Below are positions 18,244-28,283 of a DNA stretch of 64,000 nucleotides, piece by piece (the stretch's first letter is position 1; every line of letters starts with the position of its first letter). Made by a program: the position numbers and the translations under genes. Under the pieces are notes generated by a model. The model had not been told where the DNA came from. It made no database searches and saw only the letters and a list, made by a program, of their open reading frames with translations. Source of the stretch: Flavobacteriales bacterium (GTDB lineage Bacteria; Bacteroidota; Bacteroidia; Flavobacteriales_D; Crocinitomicaceae); the NCBI GenBank assembly GCA_947475095.1, contig CANJLG010000008.1, positions 21,001 through 85,000 of the forward strand, in the 5' to 3' direction.

Positions 18244-19743
18244 ATGAATAGACAAAGCGTCCTTTTTATATTGAGTTTGTCTGTTTTTTTAATCTCTTTA
18301 TCTTTTCTTTGGCCGAGCGAAGGAGTTATGATTGGCAAACTAAATCTCGTATTTATAGATGGAGGTGGGTTGTTTAGCAAAGAAAAAAATAAATTCAAAG
18401 ATTCCGGTCTTATAAAGACTTCTTTGTCTGCTAATATTAATTCGAAAGACTATCTTAAATTAATAGAACATAAAGATCCTAGCGCAGCATCCTTGCGCCA
18501 GAAATTAGATAGTCTTCGTGATAGATTAAATTTAAAACTGACTGAATCAGATTATAAAGAATCAATATTCTTAATTAATCCAGTGAAAAATAACACAAGT
18601 CCATTGGATAATTTTTTTAAGTCTTTAGTGGATATTAACCTTGTTGGGTCTGGAGTAATGCGTGTTGGGCACTATGGAGACTCTCAAATTGAAGGCGGTC
18701 GTATGACTAACACCTTGAGAGATTTGTTTCAGGGGTATTTTGGTGGTGGCGGTGTGGGCTATGTGCCCTTGGACGACATAACCAGTCCTGTCTCCTTCTC
18801 AAGAACGGTCTCGGGTAATTGGACTCGCTTCGCAGCAAGTAAAGGCCGGCCTAAAGGGGGGAGCTTGGGGCCGGGAGGGCTAGCATTCAAATATAACTCA
18901 GGACAAAACCAAACTAAAAAAATAACGGATGAATCAGGCGCGGCGAATTTTACCTCATGGGCTTCTGGAAATGTCACTTTGAATTTATCAAAATCATATT
19001 CCAACATGATGATTTGGTATGGTTACGGACAAACAAACTCGACCCTTAGCGTTTTTTCCGGAAGCAACAAAATTGGGGAGGTCAAGTTAGAAGATAATAG
19101 CGTTTTTAATGCTGTTAAGGTGCCATTATCTACTTCCGCTACTAATATACAATTGCGTTTTAGTGGACCATCTCCCTTTTTATATGGCGCCACTTTTGAT
19201 GAATCGAAGGGGGTGCAATTTGATAATTATGGGGTGAGGGGGCATTCGGGAGAGGGATTCCTAACTATAAATCAAGACGATCTTTCTGGCATGTTTCAGA
19301 AAATAAATAATAAACTGGCCATCGTTCAGTTTGGGGGTAATGTAACTCCTTATTTAAAGACCGAGGCATCCCTCAAAAAAATGAAGGGTATTTATCAAAA
19401 TATTTATCTTCGGTTTAAGAAAGCGTTGCCCGAAGGAAGTGTATTAATAGTAAGTGTTAATGATGTTTCTAGATTTATAAAAGGGGGGTATGAATCATAT
19501 CCAAATATTAGTTCTCTAAGATATATTCAAAGAGAATTAGCAATCGAAAATAATTGTGCATTCTTTGATTTGTTTCAATTTATGGGCGGAGAATCCTCTA
19601 TTAATGTTTGGAGCGAAGCAAATTTAGGCGCTAAGGATGGCCATTTTTCAACAACTGGTAGAGATATTGTTGCTAAAGAACTCTTTAAAGCTTTAATGTA
19701 CGAATTCAACAATTACAAAACTAGGCATGTTATTAAAGAATAA
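18244..19743 (+). CDS. Membrane-anchored SGNH/GDSL protein (PatB/Ape-like O-acyltransferase or esterase)
   Basis: N-terminal TM. Block I HYGDSQIEG, block II DNYGVRG, block III QFGGN, block V KDGHF. Confidence 0.8.
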   Translation: MNRQSVLFILSLSVFLISLSFLWPSEGVMIGKLNLVFIDGGGLFSKEKNKFKDSGLIKTSLSANINSKDYLKLIEHKDPSAASLRQKLDSLRDRLNLKLTESDYKESIFLINPVKNNTSPLDNFFKSLVDINLVGSGVMRVGHYGDSQIEGGRMTNTLRDLFQGYFGGGGVGYVPLDDITSPVSFSRTVSGNWTRFAASKGRPKGGSLGPGGLAFKYNSGQNQTKKITDESGAANFTSWASGNVTLNLSKSYSNMMIWYGYGQTNSTLSVFSGSNKIGEVKLEDNSVFNAVKVPLSTSATNIQLRFSGPSPFLYGATFDESKGVQFDNYGVRGHSGEGFLTINQDDLSGMFQKINNKLAIVQFGGNVTPYLKTEASLKKMKGIYQNIYLRFKKALPEGSVLIVSVNDVSRFIKGGYESYPNISSLRYIQRELAIENNCAFFDLFQFMGGESSINVWSEANLGAKDGHFSTTGRDIVAKELFKALMYEFNNYKTRHVIKE

Positions 19744-21319
19744 ATTAATTTTACTCTTCTTTCCTTTAACTTTAAGTGTCTGCTTTGCTCAACAGCAAGT
19801 GTCTGATACTGCATCCATAAATAAACTGGTTAAATATTCCGTTTCCCCCAATTTTGTTGACTTCAAAACAAATTATTTTGAATGGCAAAACTCTTCATCT
19901 GTTGGGGGTTTTTATGATAAATTGAAAAAAGGAGATAATGTAACAATCTTACATATCGGCGATTCTCACCTGCAATTCGATTTAGGAGCAGGAACGACAA
20001 GAAAAAGACTTCAGCAAGTATTTGGCAGTAGGGGGAGAGGGCTCGTTTTTCCTTATGCTGCTGCGGGAACGCATTCTACTTATGACTATTCAAGCGCTTC
20101 TTTTGGAAACTGGAGAAGCAATAAAAATGTCAGTAAGAACATTAGCTATAAACTTGGCGTCTCTGGTATCACTATAAATACACGAGATTCCCTTGCTGGA
20201 TTTTCGTTTTCTTTCTACAACAGTGACCTTCGAGAAGAAAAAATTAATTTAGCCGTCCTATTTTTTAAAAATACTGATTCTTCTTTTAATATTAAATACC
20301 GATTAAACAAAAATGATGATTGGATTTTTGTCAACGTTCATAATTCAACTAACAAAAATTGTGTGCAAATTCCTCTCGCAGCCTCTAAATTTGATCGTTA
20401 CTTTGAGTTACGCTGTGTTAAATCAGACTCTACACAAAAAGAATTTGAGTGTTCAGGTGTTTCTTTTGAATCAACAGAACAAAAAGGCGTTTTGTATCAT
20501 AGCGTTGGAATTAATGGGGCGCGAATTTTGAGCTTTTTGAAGCAGGAATTAAACGACGAGCAACTAAAAACTCTTAATCCCGATATTATTATTTTTGATC
20601 TGGCAGCAAATGATTTGGCTTTTGGGCCTTTTGATTCTATTGGTCTTAGCAAATCCCTTCTTCGTTCTTTAAACGTTATTCGAAGCTCATTGCCTAATGC
20701 TTCCATATTAATAGCAAATATTCAAGACATTAGTGTAAAAGAAAGGTCAGTAATCAATGGTTTATATTATTCTGCTTTTTTGAGAAAATTCTCAAAGACA
20801 AATCAGATTGCTTTTTATGATTACTATGACATTGCTGGGGGCAAAGGCTCAATAAATAAATGGCTTAAAGCCGGGCTTTGTAAATCGGACAAATGTCATT
20901 TATCTAAAAGTGGTTACATTTTGAAAGGAGAACTCTTTGCCAATGCTCTACTTAACTCTTTTGGAAATTATTTAATGCATCCAACTGATTCGTTATTGTT
21001 AATACGTAAGCCGATTGTCATCGAAATTATAATTAAAGATTCTCTGAATACTTCTGTCCTCGTTAGTAAAGAAACACCTATAAAAAAAGATGTTGTCGCA
21101 AAAGAGAAGGCGCCAGTAAAGCCTGTTACAGCAATCGTTAAGCCTGTTCCGGCACCCGTAAAACCCAAAAAACCAGAGCCGAAATACTATGTTGTAAAAA
21201 AAGGTGATAACTTATCACGAATAGCGAATAAATACAAGACGTCCGTAAAGGCACTTCAGCTTAAAAATAAATTAAAAACTGATTTTTTACAAATTGGTCA
21301 AAAGCTACTAATACCATGA
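19727..21319 (+). CDS. Exported SGNH/GDSL protein with Pro/Lys linker and C-terminal LysM domain
   Basis: Signal peptide. HIGDSH, GINGA, LAAND, DKCH. LysM YVVKKGDNLSRIA...LQIGQKLLIP. Confidence 0.85.
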   Translation: MLLKNKLILLFFPLTLSVCFAQQQVSDTASINKLVKYSVSPNFVDFKTNYFEWQNSSSVGGFYDKLKKGDNVTILHIGDSHLQFDLGAGTTRKRLQQVFGSRGRGLVFPYAAAGTHSTYDYSSASFGNWRSNKNVSKNISYKLGVSGITINTRDSLAGFSFSFYNSDLREEKINLAVLFFKNTDSSFNIKYRLNKNDDWIFVNVHNSTNKNCVQIPLAASKFDRYFELRCVKSDSTQKEFECSGVSFESTEQKGVLYHSVGINGARILSFLKQELNDEQLKTLNPDIIIFDLAANDLAFGPFDSIGLSKSLLRSLNVIRSSLPNASILIANIQDISVKERSVINGLYYSAFLRKFSKTNQIAFYDYYDIAGGKGSINKWLKAGLCKSDKCHLSKSGYILKGELFANALLNSFGNYLMHPTDSLLLIRKPIVIEIIIKDSLNTSVLVSKETPIKKDVVAKEKAPVKPVTAIVKPVPAPVKPKKPEPKYYVVKKGDNLSRIANKYKTSVKALQLKNKLKTDFLQIGQKLLIP

Positions 21320-22797
21320 ATATTGACTTCTTAATTTCAAGTTTAATGTATGACCCGAAAAATCCGATGTTATTTCAATCGGTATTATTTTTTGGTTCGT
21401 TTAGTATTTTCTACCTGATTTATTCCTTTTTTAATAACGAAGTAAAGGTTAGAAATGCTTTGCTTTTGGCATTTAGTTTATTCTTTTACTATAAAATAAG
21501 TGGCGGATTTGTTTTGGCGCTTATATTTATGGCTAGTGTAGACTATCTAGTTGCTAGAAATCTCCCTCATGCTAAAAGCGAAAGAAAAAAAATACTCCTG
21601 CTTTCCCTATCTCTTTTTATTAATGTTGGGGGATTACTCTTTTTTAAATACACTTATTTTTTCCTTGATGTATATAATTCCGTTTCAGGATCAACGGTTT
21701 CTTTGGCCATGAAAATAATTCAACCCATCGGAATAAGTTATTTCGTTTTCAAAAGCTTGGGCTATGTTCTTGATGTTAAACGGGAAATGATTGAAGAGCC
21801 TGAAAAAAATTATGCTAACTATTTATTGTACGTATCATTTTTTCCAAATATTCTTGCGGGACCAATATCAAAGGCTCGAGACCTCCTGCCTAAATTTAAA
21901 GAAAAAAGTGTGGTTGATAAAAAAATCATTAACGCTGCGGTATTTATGATAATAATTGGCCTTATTAAAAAAATTGCGATTGCAGATTATTTAGCTGCTA
22001 ATATGGTCGGGCGAGTGTTTGAAAGCCCTCAGTTTTTTTCGGGGGTTGACTTATTTATGGCTTGCTATGGAGGACTCATTCAATTGTTTTTTGATTTTTC
22101 AGGATATACAGACATTGTTGTAGGGCTTGCCTTATTGATGGGGTTTCAGATTAAAGGTAATTTTAATCAGCCATTTAAAGCAAAAAACATCACTGACTTT
22201 TGGAGGCGATGGCACATTTCTCTATATGAATGGTTGTCTGAATATATTTACCAACCCCTTGCTTTTATTTGGCGCAAGCAGAAATTGTTAGGCACCTTAA
22301 TGGCGGTTATTATCACCTTTTTAATTTCTGGTATTTGGCACGGCCCTAATTGGGTTTTTATTGTTTGGGGTAGCTTACATGGGCTGATGATTTGTTGGGA
22401 TGTGCTAACATCGAAATACAGAAGTAAACTCGCTACTTTAGGTGGGAAATATTATTCTTTTTTTAGTGTGTTCCTCACCTTTCACTTTATTGTTTTTTCA
22501 GCCGTCTTATTAAAATCTCCCTCTTTTAACTATACGATCGATTACTACAGCCAGCTGTTGACAACATTCGACCCCAAGATGCTCATTAAATGGTTTGAAA
22601 TATATTCATGGCCATTTGGGGTGATGCTTATTGGCCTCGCCCTGCAGTTCCTGCCTCTAAATTTCTATTCCAAACTTGAAAATGGTTTTGTAAAAACACC
22701 GCTAATTCTTTCGTCTATAATCCTTGTAATTATTATTTTTTCGCTTTACCAACTTTCGTACATGGAAGCGATGCCCTTTTTATATATTGTTTATTAG
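21316..22797 (+). CDS. MBOAT family O-acyltransferase (AlgI/PatA/DltB-like)
   Basis: PIGISYFVF, FFPNILAGPI, DFSGYTD, NFNQPF, FWRRWHISL, SGIWHG, C-terminal PFLYIVY. Confidence 0.93.
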   Translation: MNIDFLISSLMYDPKNPMLFQSVLFFGSFSIFYLIYSFFNNEVKVRNALLLAFSLFFYYKISGGFVLALIFMASVDYLVARNLPHAKSERKKILLLSLSLFINVGGLLFFKYTYFFLDVYNSVSGSTVSLAMKIIQPIGISYFVFKSLGYVLDVKREMIEEPEKNYANYLLYVSFFPNILAGPISKARDLLPKFKEKSVVDKKIINAAVFMIIIGLIKKIAIADYLAANMVGRVFESPQFFSGVDLFMACYGGLIQLFFDFSGYTDIVVGLALLMGFQIKGNFNQPFKAKNITDFWRRWHISLYEWLSEYIYQPLAFIWRKQKLLGTLMAVIITFLISGIWHGPNWVFIVWGSLHGLMICWDVLTSKYRSKLATLGGKYYSFFSVFLTFHFIVFSAVLLKSPSFNYTIDYYSQLLTTFDPKMLIKWFEIYSWPFGVMLIGLALQFLPLNFYSKLENGFVKTPLILSSIILVIIIFSLYQLSYMEAMPFLYIVY

Positions 22798-22876
22798 TTC
22801 TTAATTACGGCGGTTTTTAGTTCTGTTGAATGGATATATTTTGTTTGCTATAGTGCCTTTTTTTCTTAAAATAGAT

Positions 22877-22884
22877 TAGTTTTG
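22877..22884 (+). promoter_or_regulatory. -7 element TAGTTTTG for asnS
   Basis: Exact TAnnTTTG, 4 nt before the asnS ATG. Confidence 0.6.
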
Positions 22885-22888
22885 TGGC

Positions 22889-24337
22889 ATGAAACGCATT
22901 AAAATTAAGCATGTTTTAAGTAGTGATGGGAAAGAGCTCATTGGACAACGCATTACCGTTAAAGGCTGGGTAAGAGCTTTTAGAAGCAATCGATTTATTC
23001 AAATTAATGATGGCTCATGTTTGGCTAATATTCAAGCAGTGATTGATTTCGAAAAATACGATGGCGACATTATAAAGCAAATTACCACTGCTGCGGCAGT
23101 TTCTGTTTCTGGCTTATTAATCGCCTCTATCGGATCGGAGCAATCCCTTGAATTACAAGTGGAGGAAATAGAAATTCTTGGTGCTGCTCATCCTGATGAT
23201 GTGCAAAAAACAATCTTGCAACCAAAAAAACATAGCTTAGAATTATTAAGAGAACAGGCCCATTTAAGGTTTCGAACCAATACCTTTAGTGCTGTTTTTA
23301 GAATTCGCCATGCCGTAGCTTATGCTATACATCATTATTTTCACAGTAATGGATTTTTTTACCTCCACACACCCATTATTACAGGTTCCGATGCTGAGGG
23401 CGCAGGAGAGATGTTTAGAGTTTCTACTCTTGATCCTAAATCCCCCCCGCTAAACGAAGCTGGAGAAGTTGATTATAAACAAGACTTTTTTGGCAAGCCT
23501 GTTAACCTTACTGTTTCTGGACAATTAGAGGCAGAGCTTGCTGCCCTAGCACTTGGACAAGTATATACTTTTGGACCTACCTTTCGTGCCGAAAACTCAA
23601 ATACTTCGCGGCACCTTGCGGAATTTTGGATGATTGAACCTGAGGTGGCATTCAATGACCTGACTGATAACATGGACCTCACCGAAGATTTTCTGAAGTA
23701 TCTTTGCTCTTTTGTTGTTGAAAATTGCAAAGAGGATCTTTCCTTCCTCAACCTACGTGAACAACAAGAACAAAGTCAGAAACCCCTTAACGAACGTAAC
23801 GAGTTGAGCTTAGTTGAACGCTTGACCTTTGTTATTGAAAATCCTTTCAAAAGGCTTACATACTCAGAGGCAATTGAGGTGCTTTTAAATTCAAACCACC
23901 ACAAAAAGAAAAAATTTCAATATCCTATTGCGTGGGGAATTGACCTTCAAAGTGAACACGAACGTTATTTAGTTGAAAAAGAATTTAAGTGTCCTGTTAT
24001 ACTTTCTAATTATCCCGCTGAGATAAAAGCGTTTTACATGCGTCAAAATGACGACAATAAAACCGTTGCTGCTATGGATGTTTTATTTCCAGGTATTGGA
24101 GAAATCGTCGGTGGCTCTCAGCGCGAAGAACGATATGATGTTTTATTGGAGAAATGCAAGGCGTTTAAAATTCCGGAAGAGGAGCTGTGGTGGTACCTAC
24201 AAACGCGAAAATTAGGCACGGTACCCCATGCTGGTTTTGGCCTAGGATTTGAGCGCATGATTATGTTTGTCACCGGGATGACCAACATTAGAGATGTTAT
24301 TCCATTTCCGAGGACCCCATTAAATGCTTCTTTTTAA
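22889..24337 (+). CDS. asnS: Asparagine--tRNA ligase
   Basis: OB-fold GWVR, LTVSGQLE, FRAENSNTSRHLAEFWM, GGSQRE, GLGFER. Confidence 0.97.
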   Translation: MKRIKIKHVLSSDGKELIGQRITVKGWVRAFRSNRFIQINDGSCLANIQAVIDFEKYDGDIIKQITTAAAVSVSGLLIASIGSEQSLELQVEEIEILGAAHPDDVQKTILQPKKHSLELLREQAHLRFRTNTFSAVFRIRHAVAYAIHHYFHSNGFFYLHTPIITGSDAEGAGEMFRVSTLDPKSPPLNEAGEVDYKQDFFGKPVNLTVSGQLEAELAALALGQVYTFGPTFRAENSNTSRHLAEFWMIEPEVAFNDLTDNMDLTEDFLKYLCSFVVENCKEDLSFLNLREQQEQSQKPLNERNELSLVERLTFVIENPFKRLTYSEAIEVLLNSNHHKKKKFQYPIAWGIDLQSEHERYLVEKEFKCPVILSNYPAEIKAFYMRQNDDNKTVAAMDVLFPGIGEIVGGSQREERYDVLLEKCKAFKIPEEELWWYLQTRKLGTVPHAGFGLGFERMIMFVTGMTNIRDVIPFPRTPLNASF

Positions 24338-24341
24338 CATT

Positions 24342-25778
24342 ATGGCACTAAAGCAATATTTATCGCAAAAAACAGAACAGCGTTTATCGCCGCAACAAAT
24401 TCAATTAATGAAATTATTGCAGGTGCCAACACTAGAATTAGACCAGCGCATTAAACAGGAATTAGAAGAAAATCCTGCTCTTGAAGAAGGGACAGAATCT
24501 GACGATGATGATTTTGAGCAAGAAGATGACGAGGATGGAGACGAGGAGGAATTTGACATTTCAGATTATTTTGATGAGGATGTTGCCGACTACAAAACAC
24601 AAGCGAATAATACCTCCAAAGACGATGAAGAACGAGTCGTTCCATTATCAGGAGAAACAAGTTTTCAAGAAAAACTTAGTGAGCAACTACATTTAATTGC
24701 CCTTGACGACAACCAATTTCTCATTGCTGATATTTTAATCGGAAATCTCGACGAATCCGGTTATTTAAACAGAAATCTCAGCGCTTTAGTTGATGACCTT
24801 GCCTTTTCACTTAATGTCGAAACAACTGAAGCAGAGATTGAGGTTGTTCTTTTACTCCTTCAATCACTCGATCCTGCTGGCATTGGCGCGAGAAATTTAA
24901 GGGAGTGTTTATTAATTCAAATTAATCGACGGCAGGACAAATCATTATCACGACAAAGGGCTAAAATAATCTTAGAACTTTATTTTGAAGAATTTACAAA
25001 GAAACACTATGAGAAAATTGCTAAGAAATTAAACATTAGCGATCAAGAATTAAAATCATCAATAGATGAAATATTAAAATTAAACCCGAAACCTGGTGGG
25101 TCAACGAAAGATGCAGCAAAAAACCACCAACAGATTATCCCCGATTTTATTTTAGTAGAAAATGAAGGGGAACTAGAACTTACTCTTAATAGCCGTAATG
25201 CGCCTGAATTAAAAATTAGTAAAGAATACCAGAACATGTTGCGCTCTTATTCTGAGGGTGCTAAAACATCAAAAGCTGATAAACAAGCGGTAACCTTTGT
25301 AAAACACAAATTGGATAGTGCGCTTTGGTTTATTGACGCCATTAAACAAAGGCAACAAACGCTATTATTAACAATGAATGCCATCATGCGGTATCAAGAA
25401 GCCTTTTTTCTGGCTGGTGACGACACGAAGCTAAAACCTATGATATTAAAGGATATTGCAGAAATTGTTTCGCTGGATATTTCGACCGTATCACGAGTGG
25501 CAAATAGTAAATATGTGCAGACAAATTTTGGGGTTTTTTCATTAAAATATTTCTTCTCTGAATCTTTATCTACCGATTCAGGAGAAGAGGTGTCAACTAG
25601 GGAAGTGAAGCAAATTTTATTAGATGCTATAGAAAGTGAGGATAAGCGAAACCCTCTTCCAGACGAAAAACTCATGGCCCTATTAAACGAGAAAGGATAT
25701 AATATTGCGCGTAGGACTGTGGCTAAATACCGTGAACAGCTAAACCTTCCTGTAGCTCGTATGCGCAAGAAACTTTAA
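24342..25778 (+). CDS. rpoN: RNA polymerase sigma-54 factor
   Basis: LSPQQIQLMKLLQ, ELEENPALE, DISTVSR, RpoN box ARRTVAKYRE. Start moved to ATG 24342. Confidence 0.97.
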   Translation: MALKQYLSQKTEQRLSPQQIQLMKLLQVPTLELDQRIKQELEENPALEEGTESDDDDFEQEDDEDGDEEEFDISDYFDEDVADYKTQANNTSKDDEERVVPLSGETSFQEKLSEQLHLIALDDNQFLIADILIGNLDESGYLNRNLSALVDDLAFSLNVETTEAEIEVVLLLLQSLDPAGIGARNLRECLLIQINRRQDKSLSRQRAKIILELYFEEFTKKHYEKIAKKLNISDQELKSSIDEILKLNPKPGGSTKDAAKNHQQIIPDFILVENEGELELTLNSRNAPELKISKEYQNMLRSYSEGAKTSKADKQAVTFVKHKLDSALWFIDAIKQRQQTLLLTMNAIMRYQEAFFLAGDDTKLKPMILKDIAEIVSLDISTVSRVANSKYVQTNFGVFSLKYFFSESLSTDSGEEVSTREVKQILLDAIESEDKRNPLPDEKLMALLNEKGYNIARRTVAKYREQLNLPVARMRKKL

Positions 25779-26428
25779 TGATGAAAATACTATCACACAT
25801 TTTGTCATGGGTTTTTTTACCCTTATTTATGCCTGTTTATGCATTACTAATTGGCCTATACTATCCTTCCAACCCCGTTCTTTATTCAGCATACACCATG
25901 TCTAATTTACCTGCTGAAGTAAAGTCTCAGTTGTTCTGGGTTTTTTTTATTTTCAGTTGCGCCGCTCCCGGAATTTCCTTTATAATGCTCCGTAATAAAA
26001 ACATTATCAATACGATAGATATGGAAAATGCAAAAGAAAGAAGCGTTCCATTAATTATCATGGTGGGGTATTGCGCCATCATGTATGCCTTGTTTTTGTA
26101 TAAAGCGCCAAATGGGGTGTTGCCCAAATATTTTTATGCTCTTCCTTTGTCGGGAATGCTCGTTGCAAGTTTGTTTCTGTGGATTAATCAAAGGATGAAG
26201 ATATCAATGCATGCTGGCGGAGGAGGTGTTTTATGCGGATTCCTTGTGGCTTTTTATAGTGTGCATAGTCCTGCGCCTTTACTGCTGATTATTGGCGCTT
26301 TCATCGTCTCCGGAATAACAATTTCTGCAAGATTATATTTAGAAAAACACCGCCCGATAGAAGTTTATTCCGGATGGCTGTTTGCTTTCTTTATAACGTT
26401 TTGTTGTAATTGGTTTTATCCTGGATAA
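25778..26428 (+). CDS. Multi-pass membrane protein, PAP2-superfamily-like
   Basis: Hydrophobic segments with KISMH and ARLYLEKH...EVYSG. 1-nt overlap with rpoN. Confidence 0.6.
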   Translation: MMKILSHILSWVFLPLFMPVYALLIGLYYPSNPVLYSAYTMSNLPAEVKSQLFWVFFIFSCAAPGISFIMLRNKNIINTIDMENAKERSVPLIIMVGYCAIMYALFLYKAPNGVLPKYFYALPLSGMLVASLFLWINQRMKISMHAGGGGVLCGFLVAFYSVHSPAPLLLIIGAFIVSGITISARLYLEKHRPIEVYSGWLFAFFITFCCNWFYPG

Positions 26429-26435
26429 TTAACCA

Positions 26436-28280
26436 CTACTCCACCGTTACCGACTTGGCTAAATTTCGAGGCTGGTCTACATTGCAACCCCTCATTACGG
26501 CTATATGGTAAGAAAGTAACTGAAACGGTATGGTTGCCAATAAAGGCACTAAAAACTCATTCGTTTCCGGTATTTCAATCACGTGATCCGCCATTGCTCG
26601 AACTTGCTCATCGCCCTCTGTGACAACGGCAATAATTTTTCCTTTTCTCGCTTTCACTTCTTGAATATTGGACACTACTTTTTCATAGGATTTCCCTTTG
26701 GTGGCCACTACGAAAATTGGCATGTTTTCATCAATTAAAGCAATCGGTCCGTGCTTCATTTCTGCTGCAGGGTAGCCCTCAGCATGAATATAAGAAATCT
26801 CTTTAAGTTTTAGCGCCCCCTCTAATGCAACAGGAAAAGAACTTCCGCGACCAAGGTATAGAGCATTTGATGCATCTTTATACTCTCTAGCAATTTGTTC
26901 AATCAACGCATTCGATTCTAACACTTTTTTAACTTTATTTGGGATTTCTTCCAGTTCTGCTAGTAAAATTCGGAATTCCGATTCGGAAACAGTTCCTTTT
27001 TTATGTCCTAAAGAAAGCGCCATAAGTATTAAAACGGTAACCTGAGCGGTAAATGCTTTTGTGGATGCCACCCCTATTTCGGGACCAGCATGGGTATATG
27101 AGCCGGCATGGGTGATCCGTGAAATTGACGAACCGACCACATTGCATATTCCTAATATTGTTGCGCCTTTGGATTTTGCCAGCTCTAGCGCGGCCATCGT
27201 ATCAGCCGTTTCTCCAGATTGAGAAATAGCAATTACCACATCATTTTCGGTCAATATCGGATTTCGATACCGAAATTCACTCGCGTACTCAACCTCAACA
27301 TTAATCCGAGCTAAATCTTCAATTAAATATTCTCCCACCAATGCAGCATGCCAAGAGGTTCCGCATGCAACAAGAATTAATCGATTGGCCTGAATCATTT
27401 TTTGCTCGTAATCTTTAATTCCTCCTAAAGACACCCAGCCTTCTTTTGCATTTAAGCGACCGCGAAAACAATCTTGAATAGATCGAGGCTGCTCGTTAAT
27501 CTCTTTCAACATAAAATGTTCATATCCCCCTTTCTCCAATGCTTCCAACTCAAGTTCTAGCTGTTGAATGTAAGGTGTTTTTTCTTGATCTGAGATGTTG
27601 TATATTTTTAATTCCTCTCCTAATTTTATTACAGCGATTTCCTCATCTTCCAAATAAACAACCTGTTTTGTATATTCTACAATTGGAGTAGCGTCTGAAG
27701 CCAAATAAAAATCACCAGTTGCTCCTATACCTACCACAAGCGGACTACTCTTACGCGCAGCAACCATTTGATTCGGAAAGTTTTTTGAAATAGCGACAAT
27801 AGCATAAGCTCCAACCACATTTAAAAGTGATAAACGCAAGGCCTCTCCAAACCAAACATTTTCTTTCTTGCTAATAAAATCAACTAAATGAACAAGTACT
27901 TCCGTATCTGTTTCGCTTTTAAATAAATACCCTTGCCTAACTAACTCTTGCTTTAAGGCATCGTAGTTTTCAATAATTCCGTTATGGATAAGTGCTATTG
28001 AACCATCCATGGAAACATGGGGGTGAGCATTCGTGTCAGTTGGAAGTCCGTGTGTGGCCCAACGAGTGTGTCCTATACCTGAATTTCCTGCATGATCTTG
28101 ATCAAGCATAAACTCCTCCAAATTACTGACCTTGCCGGCTTTTTTAAAAACGTTGAGTTCATCTTTGTTGATTAATGCAATTCCTGCACTGTCATATCCA
28201 CGATATTCGAGCCGCTTTAATCCTTTTAAGATAATAGGATACGCTTCTTTTTTTCCAATATATGCTACAATTCCACACAT
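26436..28280 (-). CDS. glmS: Glutamine--fructose-6-phosphate transaminase
   Basis: MCGIV, RGYDSAG, GHTRWATHG, SQSGETAD, PRNLAKSVTVE. Confidence 0.98.
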   Translation of the reverse strand: MCGIVAYIGKKEAYPIILKGLKRLEYRGYDSAGIALINKDELNVFKKAGKVSNLEEFMLDQDHAGNSGIGHTRWATHGLPTDTNAHPHVSMDGSIALIHNGIIENYDALKQELVRQGYLFKSETDTEVLVHLVDFISKKENVWFGEALRLSLLNVVGAYAIVAISKNFPNQMVAARKSSPLVVGIGATGDFYLASDATPIVEYTKQVVYLEDEEIAVIKLGEELKIYNISDQEKTPYIQQLELELEALEKGGYEHFMLKEINEQPRSIQDCFRGRLNAKEGWVSLGGIKDYEQKMIQANRLILVACGTSWHAALVGEYLIEDLARINVEVEYASEFRYRNPILTENDVVIAISQSGETADTMAALELAKSKGATILGICNVVGSSISRITHAGSYTHAGPEIGVASTKAFTAQVTVLILMALSLGHKKGTVSESEFRILLAELEEIPNKVKKVLESNALIEQIAREYKDASNALYLGRGSSFPVALEGALKLKEISYIHAEGYPAAEMKHGPIALIDENMPIFVVATKGKSYEKVVSNIQEVKARKGKIIAVVTEGDEQVRAMADHVIEIPETNEFLVPLLATIPFQLLSYHIAVMRGCNVDQPRNLAKSVTVE

Positions 28281-28283
28281 ACA

